A stretch of 64,000 nt of DNA from assembly GCA_964035545.1 (NCBI GenBank), contig OZ037769.1, forward strand, positions 620,001 through 684,000. The letters run 5' to 3'. The stretch is from Bugula neritina. Its lineage: Eukaryota; Animalia; Bryozoa. The position numbers were made by a program, and so were the translations under genes. This document shows positions 50,606-63,800 of the stretch, piece by piece (positions within the stretch are counted from its first letter, which is position 1; each line of letters opens with the position of its first letter). The notes beneath the pieces are model-generated. The model did no database searches. It was not told the origin of the DNA and worked only from the letters and a program-made list of their open reading frames with translations.

Positions 50606-53600
50606 ATGGTAAGCTTTTTAAAGCTAGTATTTAAATGTTTTGCTTTATTTCATAATTTGTAGTTGTGGTTTAAACAGTGATAAACAGATTTTAGTTTCTT
50701 TTTTAATATATTATTGCTGTTTGCTTAAACAAGTTACCATTCAATGGTTATATTTGTTTCCACTGGTTTGTAATGAAAATGCAATTTTAGTGAATCAAGT
50801 TGCAATAGTTATTCCTCGCTGAACATATGAACAAAAATCTTTTGTTCAATTTCTTAACTCAGTGTATCAAGTATCATACCACAACTGTATATTTGAACAC
50901 TATGAGAACTTTTCAGTCACTTGCAGTATTAATATAAACAAGCAAATGATTAGTAGAAGAGACCAAATTTTACCATAAGTTAGAAGGCAGTGCATATTGA
51001 CTGACATTTACTAATTATGTTTATAAGAAAACTACAAAGATATACATGTATATGTAATTCACTAATTACTCAGTTGTTTGAAAAACCAGTTGTGAAAATT
51101 AAATACTTTTTATAAAACTATGTTTTCCTACTAGCTAAGTGAACATGAAACACTCACATATATGTTCTGAGTGCTAATTATTGCATAACCTGATCATGCA
51201 TCTTTCCCTGGGTCATCATACTATGTATTATTCAGACAGTGTGAGTTGTGTGCACCTGCATGAACATTGGTATAAGGTTACGGTATGCCACTTTGTAACA
51301 TTTAATAATGTTTTGTGACTTTGTGGAACAAATCTTTGGTTTTACAGGCAGATCCAGAAATACAAGTTTTGAGTGAAGAGGGCCAGAAAGGTAGTCTTTA
51401 GTTTACAGTAATATAGTATAGTAATATAGTAATATAGTATAGTAATATAGTATAGTAACATAGTATAGTAATATAGCATAGTAATATAGTATAATATATA
51501 GTATAGTATAGTAATATAGTATATATAGTAATATAGCATAGTAATATAGTATAGTATAGTAATATAGTATAGTAATATAGTATAGTAATATAGTATATAT
51601 AGTAATATAGCATAGTAATATAGTATAGTATAGTAATATAGTATAGTAATATAGTATATATAGTAATATAGCATAGTAATATAGTATAGTATAGTAATGT
51701 AGTATAGTAATATAGTATAGTAATATAGTATAGTATAGTAATATAGTATAGTAATATAGTATAGTAATATAGTATAGTAATATAGTATAGTAATATAGTA
51801 TAGTATAGTAATATAGTATAGTAATATAGTATAGTAATATAGTCTAGTATAGTAATATAGTATAGTAATATAGTATAGTGATATAGTATAGTATAGTAAT
51901 ATAGTATAGTAATATAGTATAGTATAGTAATATAGTATAGTAATATAGTATAGTAATATAGTATAGTAATATAGTATAGTATAGTAATATAGTATAGTAT
52001 AGTAATATAGTATAATATAGTATAGTAATATAGTATAGTAATATAGTATAGTAATATAGTATAGTATAGTAATATAGTATAGTAATATAGTATAGTAATA
52101 TAGTATAATAATATAGTATAATAATATAGTATAGTATAGTAATATAGTATAGTAATATAGTATAATAATATAGTATAATAATATAGTATAGTAATATAGT
52201 ATAATTATATAGTATAGTATAGTAATATAGTATAGTAATTTAGTATGGTAATATAGTATAGTAATATAGTATAGTAATATAGTATAGTAATATAGTATAG
52301 TATAGTAATATAGTATAGTAATATAGTATAGTAATATAGTATAGTATAGTAATATAGTATAGTAATATAGTATAGTATAGTAATATAGTATAGTAATATA
52401 GTATAGTAATATAGTATAGTATAGTAATATAGTATAATAATATAGTATAGTATAGTAATATAGTATAGTATAGTATAGTATATATAGTAATAATATAGTA
52501 TAGTAATATAGTATAGTATAATAATATAGTATAATATAATAGAGTATAATATAGTATAATATAATATAGTAATACAGTAACATCCTGTTTTAGCTTGGAC
52601 AGAGTTGTTAGGGACATTTGCCAACAACCAGGAAGATGTAATAGACAGATCTTTAATCCCGGAGGCACTAAAACTGTGTGGAGTGATAACCACCGAGGAA
52701 GAAGCTAAGAAAATCTGTGATTACTTTGATAAGAATGGTTTGTATATGACTTACTATAAGTGTTATAATTTCTGTGGACTGCAGTGTATGTCACAGTGTG
52801 TTTTGTGTATAGAATAATAATTATATAGTGCATAGCATTTTATAGCATATAATGTATAATTTATAATATAATTTATATAGTATATAGTATAGAGTGTATA
52901 GTGTATAGTGTATAATACATACTTTATATTACTTGAAACACCATATTAGTATACTTTGTATTTCATGCATTATATATAGTATACACATGATATATATTAT
53001 ATATAATATGTGTACTGATGCAGATGATATTATATCGTGATGCATTAGATTATCTTATTGCAATTTATATAACAGAACAACTCACTATATAGTACAATAT
53101 TATAGTATACTGACTATATCTACTAACTTTGTAGTACAGTATAATATAATATATTATATAACATGAAGTAATATAATTATTATTGCTACTAATTTTGTAG
53201 TATAATATATTGTAATATAATATTACGATATAAAAATATTACTACTCCACATAGGTGACGGTAAGCTACAAATATCAGAAATTATATCTGGATATGACGT
53301 TCTCATACAACACAGTGTTCACGGCAAAGAGCTGTTGACAGCATTTCATAAACTCGACAAAAATCAAAATGGCTTCATAGAGTTTTCAGAGTTGAAGGTA
53401 ATATAATTTGAGCATATTAAGAGAAGACAACTTTCCATTTTTAGTTTATTTTATTTCTATTTTATCTTTGTCCTGCATGGCTGCAACTCATTATTAGCTG
53501 TTTTCTTATTTATTCTACTCCTTCTGATAGTCTTGTTGGTACGTTTAGTGATATATCCTTTAAATAGTTTCACCATCTCAAACTATCCATTACATGTTTA

Positions 53601-54079
53601 AGAACTGCCCTTTCTTAGCAATTGCATAAGCAGATGTTTTGATTTGCATTGTATTTGGCACTTTCACAAGTTTAAGGGGCACTTCATTTTTATTCCTATA
53701 CTTTGTAGGCAGTTTTAACCGGTGCAGGTGAAAGGTGGACTCGTGCGGAGGCAGATAAATGTATCCAGGTTTTAGCTAAGAAATATAACGTCCACGGCAC
53801 CAGGTTCGACTATACAGGTAGGGGTTAGTCTTAATCTCTGATACATGTAAACATTATTTCAACTTTCAGTTGAAACAATTTTGAACAGATATTCATTTAA
53901 GACATTGAGTAGTGCATTTTGTCTTGTCTTTAGAGTTTGTTAGAATGTTCACTCGGGATTATCCGTTTAAAAAGCCGCACGTGAAGCGTGACATCACACA
54001 AGAGTACGAGAAAGTCAAATATTCAGATGTGAAAGAAACCACATCTGAAGAAGAAAAGTCCAGTTTGCCAGTTGAATAG
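50606..54079 (+). CDS. Divergent calmodulin-like EF-hand protein, ~195 aa
   Basis: Exons 50606-50608 (ATG only), 51348-51390, 52594-52737, 53255-53397, 53709-53817, 53934-54079 (588 nt). EF loops DKNGDGKLQISE and DKNQNGFIEFSE. Calmodulin-like context: MADPEIQVLSEE, ELKAVLTGAGERWT, FDYTEFVRMF. Confidence 0.88.
51406..52580. repeat. Intronic AT-rich minisatellite, core 13-bp AGTAATATAGTAT with extra AGTAT pentamers
   Basis: Fills intron 51391-52593; source of the Tyr/Ile/Leu-rich minus-strand ORFs. Confidence 0.95.
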
Positions 54080-54737
54080 AATGCATGTCTTTTGAGGTTA
54101 ATGGCTCAGTTTCAGCTGCATTAATTATTATTGTAATTTATTATATTAGAAACTATCTACCCAGTTGACTTAAAAGATTAGCTGTTAAATATTTATGTAG
54201 TTTTATTAGCTTTATGTAATTTTATTTGATTTATGTAATATTCTAATAAACTTATGTAATTTTATTTAATTTATGTAAGTTTACCAAAAACATTTACTTA
54301 GAAAAATAACTTTTTATATTTTTTCATAAACAGGTCTTTAAAAAGCTGGTATGTTAATAAAGCTTAAAAAACAACACAAATTGTTATTATTCTTTGTGTT
54401 GATTGATTGAAAACAGATATTTTTATAACTTATATTATGACATACAGCCACACTTGAGGAAGCTTTACAATACATCTTGCATAGATATTATCAGCTGCAC
54501 TACATTAGCTATTTATTTGTTTGTTTGACTTATTTTAGTCACATGACTTTGATTTATTTTATTGAAAGAAGTTGCTACAGAATGCAGTGTTATATAAGCA
54601 GTTTGCATATTATTCCACTTTACTGCAGCTGAAGAGCAATTGCTGTAGTGAATAAATAAGTTACAAGATATAATTAACTATTGTTTGCAGACGTAACTCA
54701 TGATGTACATACGTGAGATATTAAGTAATAATATTAA

Positions 54738-54930
54738 GAGAGGAGCCGTGGTCTAGGAATTAGAGCGTTTGCCTAGTAGGCACGAAGTCATGGGTTTGAA
54801 CCCGACAAAGGCGATTGGTGATGTTAGGAAGAGCATCCAGTCATAATTGCTCCTGTGCTTCATCTGAATAAGCCAGAATTAACAAAAAACCCTTTCATTG
54901 AGGCTTTCTCAGAGGGATGGTGACTATAAA
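54738..54930 (+). mobile_element. tRNA-derived SINE, degenerate
   Basis: A-box-like GTGGTCTAGGAATTAG and B-box-like GGTTTGAACCC at tRNA spacing, followed by a non-tRNA body (GGTGATGTTAGGAAGAGCATCCAGTCATAA). No acceptor stem; 3' boundary approximate. Confidence 0.7.
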
Positions 54931-55411
54931 CTTGCGAGAGCTTTATTGTTAACTATTTAATTTTGGGGTATAAAAAGACCATGTTGATGCAATGCTGCAG
55001 GTGAGCAGTTTATATAACTAAAATCAATTGCAAATTATTCAAATTTGGGTCAAACAAACACTATCGCAATAGACGACTATGTTTCAGTTTTCATAGGTCT
55101 GTATCTGAAATAGTTACAATCTTAAAGCACAAAACTACCATGTAAAGCTATCATTCACATAAGCTTACAAAAAGCTCAGATTGTGACGACGTTTCATCGG
55201 TAAATTCACTGATTTTATTTGCACACTCAAGTTTCCTATTAAGTTATAATGTAGGTAACTAAAGTTGTTTGGTAGCTCCAGGTATATGCATAGGCTAAGG
55301 TAATCAATATAATATGCGCCTATAATATAGTATTACATTATTACCTATGCAACATATATTTGTATATGTATAGTATACATCCTGTCTATTTGTATAAGTA
55401 GTTGTAGTATA

Positions 55412-56432
55412 CATTATATACATATTTGTGTACAGTATCATAAGGTATTATACATATTTGTGTACAGTATCATAAGATATTATACATATTTGTGTGCAGT
55501 ACCATAAGATATTATACATATTTGTGTGCAGTACCATAAGATATTATACATATTTGTGTACAGTACCATAAGATATTATACATATTTGTGTACAGTACCA
55601 TAAGATATTATACATATTTGTGTACAGTACCATAAGATATTATACATATTTGTGTGCAGTATCATAAGATATTATACATATTTGTGTACAGTACCATAAG
55701 ATATTATACATATTTGTGTACAGTACCATAAGATATTATACATATTTGTGTGCAGTATCATAAGATATTATACATATTTGTGTACAGTACCATAAGATAT
55801 TATACATATTTGTGTACAGTACCATAAGATATTATACATATTTGTGTGCAGTATCATAAGATATTATACATATTTGTGTACAGTACCATAAGATATTATG
55901 CATATTTGTGTACAGTATCATAAGATATTATACATATTTGTGTACAGTACCATAAGATATTATACATAGTTGTGTGCAGTACTATAAGATATTATACATA
56001 TGTGTGTGCAGTATCATAAGATATTATACATATTTGTGTACAGTACCATAAGATATTATACATATTTGTGTATAGTACCATAAGATATTATACATATTTG
56101 TGTACAGTACCATAAGATATTATACATATTTGTGTGCAGTACCATAAGATATTATACATATTTGTGTGCAGTACCATAAGGTATTATACATATTTGTGTG
56201 CAGTATCATAAGATATTATACATATTTGTGTACAGTACCATAAGATATTATACATATTTTTGTACATGCAGTACCATAAGATATTATACATATTTGTGTG
56301 CAGTATCATAAGATATTATACATATTTTTGTACATGCAGTACCATAAGATATTATACATATTTGTGTGCAGTATCATAAGATATTATACATATTTGTGTA
56401 CAGTACCATAAGATATTATACATATTTTTGTG
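55412..56432. repeat. Intergenic minisatellite, 32-bp unit ATAAGATATTATACATATTTGTGTACAGTACC, ~32 copies
   Basis: Directly visible. Confidence 0.96.
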
Positions 56433-56950
56433 CCCTAGATTACTAAACTAAAGGATACTATAAAAGTTTACCCAGTAGCAGGGTTCTGTATTGTAGTCTA
56501 CAACACTTTATTGTATAGAGTGAGGTTAATATTAGAGTATTTTTGATGCAGTATTTTATTATTCATGGGAAACTTTGACCACGTGGTCAAAACGTAAATA
56601 ATAAAACTTTCCATTATTCAATACTTCCTGTTAGGAATTATCTACTCATTCATTGGAATTCATTGAGCAATTATTAGATAGCTGAAGCCAGTGTATAATT
56701 TGTAATACTCGCACAATGAGATTATTAGGCGAGAGTAGCCTAAAATTTTCACGTATGCAATCACTATTGATTGGGGCATACACTAACGATTCTGATATCT
56801 TCTTAGCACTAATCTAACATAGATAATCTTAAAACTATATTGGGTTAATATCAGTATGTAAACAATTCCGTCAGTGTTTTGTGGCATGTTTGCTTGTGAA
56901 TCATCTACTCCATTTAGTTATTAGCTAGTAAGAAAGTCAACAGCGAAACT

Positions 56951-59900
56951 ATGGTGAGCTTAAAGTGTGATTAGTTTTACAGATTAAACTTTATAAAACC
57001 AAGTTTCAATAACATGGTTGTTATTTACAGAATTAAGTTGTTTTGAAAAACCTTGTTATATTTGTTTATGCTGTGTATATACTAAAACTAATGCACAAGT
57101 GCATACTTTTAAAGAAATTTATAGCTTTTCAAAAACAGATAGTAAACTGACTGTCTTTATAGATTTAATTTTGTAGTTTCATTGTTACAGATACCCATTA
57201 CAATGCAAACTTTACTTTTTGTTGGCTGTCACCTTTTCCTTGCATCTGTTTCAGGCAGTCAGAAGACAACTCCTGCTGCTACTGAGTGGTTATATCATCA
57301 TATTGATAAAAGGACAAGATATTAAACCAGTGAATATGTGTGATAATAATACAGTGACAGTTGATAGAGGATATGCAGGGATAATAGAACATAGAAAGAT
57401 AGAGGGAGCACCTGTTATATGTAGTCTAACTCTGAGAGCACCTGCTAATGACCACTTTGCCATACCACATCTGGCAGATTGGTACCCTTTACTGTCTACA
57501 GCAAAAGTGCTAATTAATGGTAGATACTACACAACAGACTTCAGTAAATCCGGCAGAATTTGGAGGATTCCAGATAATAATCCAGTGATGAACTTTTCTC
57601 TCTTGAGTAATGAGCCTAATTTCACACTAGAGTATTTTACTACTGGTAAGTGCTAGAAAATACTTGAAGCTGTGGGTAATAAACCGTTTTGTATACTCGT
57701 GCTAAGATCAATTAATTTTGCTCCGTTAGGTTACTAAGAATTCAGTTTTATACAAATATGTCTTAGAATTTACTTAAAAGGTGAGTATATTTTAGTGATG
57801 ACATGCGGTGATGTCACGCGTCTTCCAGAGAAACCTCAAGTTGAACAGCTGACTGGGATATTTATTAGTACATATACTTCTGTGGTGGAGAAACTTATCA
57901 CTTTATGTGACTCTACAATAACTAACCTACCAGAGAACTCTAGCTTACATTATGTTAGATTCGACGTTATTTCATCAACTAAAGAAAATCCAAATGGCAG
58001 ATGGATTTTTGGTGATCAGAGATTCGAAGATCTCCCATCAACATTTGTGGTGATTTTCACAGGCAGCGTTCTGTCGATGAGATACGAATCTGAAGAAGAT
58101 CCAATCACCGGAGAATTTGATTCTATGTATTTCAAGATTAAGTTTACAGGTAAAATAGTAAAACAAAGAACAGCTTAAATTGATAATTATTTATTTTATT
58201 AATGACTGTGTTCCAATTTTAAACAAAATTCACGGCACATAGTAAATATTTTGTGAAATGCTAAGACATTATTGTTTTTATAAGCATTCAAGAATGATTA
58301 TTTTGAAAAGTTTTATAAAAATTCCAATACTATATTTATAGCAAGCTTGCTCAAAAATAAATATGGCAATTTTCAAAAATAAGATATAGTCATAAATTGA
58401 CTGATGCTATAAATATGGATAAATATGCTAGTGCTTTGTATATACTCACAGTTTGCTATTTAATCTTCAGTGGGTCTTTTCAACAGTGTTGACATGTGGA
58501 GATAAACCCGAAATCGATCATGTGACAAGTACTCCATCTACTGAATTTCCCTGGTTTCCTGGTACAATAATAAACTACTCTTGTGAAGATACTGACTATC
58601 AGTTGAAGTATAACTCAACTTCTGAATGTAAAGTAGATGGTACAGAGGCTAAGTGGGTCAACCAATCAGAGATTAAATGTTCTCGTAAGTTTTTTATGTG
58701 TTTAGTTAATTAGATTTGAAAGAATAAACTAACGTAAAACAGAAGCTACAGATTCACATTTATGTTTACTTTTAATGTTTGCCAAAGTATTATATAATGA
58801 CAAAGTGGCAATTATTATAGAATCATTTTCTTCCCATAAGACTATTCAGTTTTCAACTACATAGTTGACATCAATTTATGCTAAACATTTTACAGACCAC
58901 CGTATGTATCACCATCGTGGATATAAAACTAATAGTGATCTTTCACCACAATATTTGTAAAATAGGAAATGGCAGAGTTACTAATTTGTGCAATCAAAAT
59001 TACAAATTTTGAACTTGCTTTTGGGGTTTTAATTTTATTATTGCTATAAAGAGCTAGGACCTGTTATCTTTATTTCAATAGTTATTTGCTCATGATTTAT
59101 AACGAGCATAAAATATGGTAAGCTTAACACTGGCATCTTTCAATTTGTAAACTTTAAGTTTTGTGCAATTTCTTCTGTCTTTCTTTTGGTCTGTTCTTTT
59201 GCACCCTCAGTTTACTTTTACCCCATATCATAACTATCACAGTTCCACTGCATTCTTTAACTTTCTATACGGTTTTCTTCTTTTTCTCCTTCCAAAACTC
59301 TCATTTAATTTTCATTTCCACCTTCGCCCAAACTCCCTGCTTTGCATTCTGGTGTAAAAATTTTTGTTTCTCTTTATTTGCAAAAAACCTTTAGTTAGCA
59401 TTAGAAACTTATTAGAACATTTTGGCTTTCTAAAAATTTTTAAATAGGTATATAAATAAATTCATGAAAGCTTATTTCCTTTCTTTCAGGTAACTGCAAC
59501 TTCAATGACCTGTACATCAATGTTTCATCAACTAACTTAACCACAATGAGTAAAGATGCTGTATACTACGACTGTTACCATGGCTACAAGAAAACAAATC
59601 AAAATGTGATCAAGTGTGAAGACAATGGAACCTGGTCCAGTGTTCCAGAATGTACCAAGACCAGTGAGTCATACGGCATAACTCACCGAGTCTAATCTAC
59701 AGTTTCACGTTACATTCTCATTAGTTTGCCTTACGTTACACTACTATTTCAGCTGAATGTCCACTCAATCTGCTAAATCTAAGTAACGGAGACATACAAA
59801 CAGACAGATATTACGGAGGAGATAATCTACTCTACTCATGTGATGATGGTTATACTAAGACTACAGATCCTGTGTGTACAGAGTCTGGTAACTGGTCACA

Positions 59901-60930
59901 TGACCCTGGTTGTCTCCTAGATTCCACAACTACAAGAGCTATCACAGCAATGTTAGCAAACTTTTCTTATACACAGAAAGGTTGTCTTTACGCACTTGCA
60001 AAGATTTCATACATTTTAAAACTGAATTGACATAATCAACTTTTTACTAACATTTTATTGTTTGTGTAGTGGAGTGCAACTATTCAGTAATAAATCTAAG
60101 TAACGGAGACATACAGACAGACAGATATTACGAAGGAGATAATCTACTCTACTCCTGCGATGATGATTATACTAAGACTACAGATCCTGTCTGTGCAGAG
60201 TCTGGTAACTGGTCACATGACCCTGGTTGTGTTGTTTCCTTACGAAACCAGATAAAAGCCATGACCAAAACTAATAATGCCTTGACCATTGAAAAAGGTA
60301 AAATTAATTGTTATTGGCTCTGATTATATTCAATAATCTAAAACAACACATTTGGTATTATATAGCTTTAAAAACTTTAAATCAACCTCTCTTATTTTTG
60401 TGCAGTGTAGACTTATTTGGTCTTTTAGATTGTGATAGTAATTAATATAGCTTAGATGCATGTACAGATCAATTACTTAAGTCTTAGAAACCTGTAAATA
60501 TACAAAGACATGAAACTCATTTTTGGACAGCTTTGCTGTTACAAATTTTTATTTTCAAATTTAATTCATTCAACAAAATGTTTTAGAATTTAAATCAATT
60601 TTTAATCTGTAAAAATGCATTTTAGGTCTCCTTATAGGAATAGTCAGTTTCTCAATCATAGTGATTATCGCTCTGACTAGTGTGATACTATACATGAAAA
60701 GGAGTCGTCTGCCTTGCACAACCACGCAACGTTGTGTTTCTCACGAACTAGAAGAACCTATTGTTTACAATATGACGTCTACTCGCAGTTCTATAAGCTT
60801 ACAAGATGAGAACATCTACGAAGACATTGACTCTCAGAGTGATGTGACAAATACAGCATCAGAGAGAATCTGCAGCGAAACTGTGTATGTTACTAACGTG
60901 ACAGTAGGTGACAGAGAAGTAGTTAGTTGA
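56951..60930 (+). CDS. Type I membrane receptor (~626 aa): signal peptide, 2 divergent CUB-like beta domains, 4 sushi/CCP domains, TM, Tyr-motif cytoplasmic tail
   Basis: Exons 56951-56953 (ATG), 57255-57645, 57796-58149, 58487-58684, 59490-59663, 59753-59980, 60070-60297, 60626-60930 (1881 nt); one domain per phase-1 exon. Sushi pattern C..YxC..Y..C..W..C. TM GLLIGIVSFSIIVIIALTSVILYM followed by KR. The CUB assignment is tentative. Confidence 0.85.
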
Positions 60931-61223
60931 ATAATTAACACCTGTCATCTTTGTTTCAACCCTAGAAAATTAGTTTTCTTGGGGGAAATTTTCTTCATTA
61001 ATATAAAGTGCAGATTTAACTTGATATTATTTGTAAATAAAAACATCGCATCAGTTGGTTATATAGGATGCATGTGCCTGTTTGGGAATTGTCAATTTCC
61101 ATTACTAACACCCTCCTAAAAAAATTATAAATCACCGCTTATACTAATAATATAACGATATATATGATATACTAAAATGAGTTGAATTATATGTTAGAAT
61201 ATTTGCATAACTCTTTTAACTAC

Positions 61224-61636
61224 TGTGGTCGAAATACAACATTCTAGTAGAGTTATCTTTTCGTGCACTTTGTTTTTATATTTTATGTAAACACGATCAT
61301 GTAATTCGATCCTGTCTAAAAGTCGGCAATCGCCGATCATCAGGCTCCGACATTGGACCAAGTTCCGATGTCGGAGTACGATTGTCGGAAAGTGCCGATA
61401 TTCGGGCTCCGACTTTCAAACAGGATGAGAACAAAGAATCTTAATTTCTGTATAAAAGAAGGCGAGCTCCCAGTGTAGGGTCAGTCTACTACTGGAGCTC
61501 GACTGATCAAGACTATCTTTCTAAAGCATCCACTACACAATAAAGATTTATCTACTCGCTACCATTACATCTTGTTTATACTATACTGGAGTTATGCTCC
61601 CCACTTGAACTGCATTTTACCCACAAAACTACTACA
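61224..61636 (+). mobile_element. Solo LTR (413 bp), probably Gypsy/Ty3-type
   Basis: TGTGGT...ACTACA termini (imperfect inverted repeat); 4-bp TSD CTAC at 61220-61223 and 61637-61640; TATAAAAG at 61451 followed by AATAAA at 61539. Confidence 0.8.
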
Positions 61637-62122
61637 CTACTATAATATACAAATATATAATTTTATTAGCAATAGCTATAATAAGCTATAAGCTATAATA
61701 AGCTATAAAAAGCTATAATAAGCTATAAGCTTTCAATATAATTTTTGTGTAGCATAAGCTTTTATATTAAACTGCTTTTTAAAAAATTATGATAACAAAG
61801 TTACAAACAACTCAGCTAGTTACTATGTTTCTCTTTTGCAATATCTCCAATAAATTTTGTTGTTACAATTTAGATAGCAAAGGTAAATATAATGTGTATA
61901 CGTATTATCTTTTATTGCTCCTATTGGTCAATGCAATAAGAAAGCTAATATTTGCATTAGCCTAATATTAGTATGGATAAGTGAAGACAAGGATACAAAT
62001 ACTCTGAGATAATATAAGGATGTATATTAGACAATATATTAACCAAAGCTCATTGTCAACCAACTATAGGTCTACTTTGGACCTCTAAGTTTTACTGTTG
62101 AAGATCGCTGTTTGTTGTAGTC

Positions 62123-63392
62123 ATGGTAAGTAATTCATTTCATTGATGCATGTGTTACGGTCTTTGGAATAAAATTTTGAACATTTGCTATGTTAAAACC
62201 TAGGAATTTGCAAAATTTTAAGGAATAAAAAGTACTTAGTTTGATAAGGAACCTGCTTTCAAGTTAATGGAATAATTTTGTTAACTATTTTCAATTCGAT
62301 CTACACAGCTGTAATCAATTTTTTTAATTGTTAAACACAATTTGAAAATGTTACCTTTGTATAAAAGCAACATGTATTTTATTTCATAAAAGTTGAAGCA
62401 ATAATAAAATTGTGTCGTTACTTTTATATATTGAATGATTGCTCATGGTTACTCTTAATATTAAAAAGATTGCTTGGCTAGAAAGTTGCATATAGGAGGA
62501 AATTTTAGTTTGAAGAGACGTGATAATCCTAAATATTTATCACATTGTAGATAGTTAGTCTGCAGCTTGTACTGCTGAGTATATACACAGTCATGTTGAT
62601 AGAAGGACAACATATTAAACCAGTGAATATATGTGATAATAATACAGTGACAGTTGATAGAGGATATGCAGGGATAATAGAACATAGAGAGATAGAGGGA
62701 GCACCTGTTAGATGTAGTCTAACTCTGAGAGCACCTGCTGGTAGTTATATTAGTATATCAGGCTTAGGAAAAATATATGGAGGCAATAATGTTTGCCCAA
62801 AGGTAAAAATAAATCATAGATCCTACTGCATCGATTCTACGAAACCTGGTATTGTACAAATGCTCAAGTCGGACAAAGCTTTTCTGACTGTCTCCACCAT
62901 AAGCAGCAAAAATAATTTTACTCTTCATTTCTATAATACAGGTAAGAAAAACAGTTTCACATTAAATTGAAACTCGTCAAATTGAAAACAATGTTTTGTT
63001 CAGTAAGTATGCCTGCACATGTATAATATATGTACCTGTTGCAGTGACATCCTGTGATGAAGATATTCAGATACCAGACAGACCTAAAGTTGAACAGTTG
63101 ACTGGAATATTCACCAGCTCTTATAAGCTTCCTCTCTACGACACCTTCACCCTGTGCGAGTCTACAATAACAAACCTTCCACCTGAAGCTCACTATGTTA
63201 AATTTGATGTGATATTTGGGCCTCCGGAAACTGTAAAAATCGATTGGCAGTTTGGAGATGAGAAGCTAACTATCATCCCAACATCATTTCTAGTAGCTGC
63301 AAGAAATCAACAAGTAACAATGACATATGAAAGTGAGGTAGATGCGCTGACAGGAGAGGGAGAGATGGTGTCATTTGTCATCAGATTTCAAG
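62123..63392 (+). CDS. Second paralogous CUB-like receptor gene, 3'-partial (continues beyond the window)
   Basis: Exons 62123-62125 (ATG), 62551-62941, 63045-63392, with the same structure and phases as the upstream gene. Shared PKVEQLTGIF / TLCESTITNLP / YVKFDVI / W.FGD / YESE motifs. Confidence 0.85.
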
Positions 63393-63561
63393 GTCAGCAC
63401 CAGGTGTTGTACGAACTGTTGGGCAACATAGAGTGTAGCACACATTTGCATCTTTTCCTACCACCAATCTAATCATGTACTTGCAGACTCAGTTAAGATG
63501 CGTATTCATTTTGCCACTGTTGTAGTGAAAAATTAAAATAAGTTTAAAAGTTGCTTTGTTT

Positions 63562-63800
63562 GTCATACAGAGTGTGTGATCTCATACAGAGTATGTGATA
63601 TCATACAGAGTGTGTGATGTCATACAGAGTATGTGATGTCATACAGAGTGTGTGATGTCATATACTGGTTGTGATGTCATACAGAGTGTGTGATGTCATA
63701 TACTGGTTGTGATGTCATACAGAGTGTGTGATGTCATATACTGGTTGTGATGTCATACAGAGTGTGTGATGTCATACAGAGTATGTGCATGATGTCATAC
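63562..63800. repeat. Intronic minisatellite, 19-bp unit TGTGATGTCATACAGAGTG, ~12 copies
   Basis: Directly visible. Confidence 0.93.

Noticed and set aside
51342-52693. Minus-strand Tyr/Ile/Leu ORFs up to 413 aa
   Set aside because: Antisense reading of the 13-bp intronic array.
54738-54812. Functional tRNA gene
   Set aside because: Degenerate A/B boxes, no paired acceptor stem, and continuation into a SINE-like body.
57191-57325. Alternative acceptor at 57191 giving a signal-peptide-like MQTLLFVGCHLFLASVSG, which would imply a frameshifted pseudogene
   Set aside because: That frame stops at ~57324. The acceptor at 57255 matches the paralog's exon start and keeps the gene intact.
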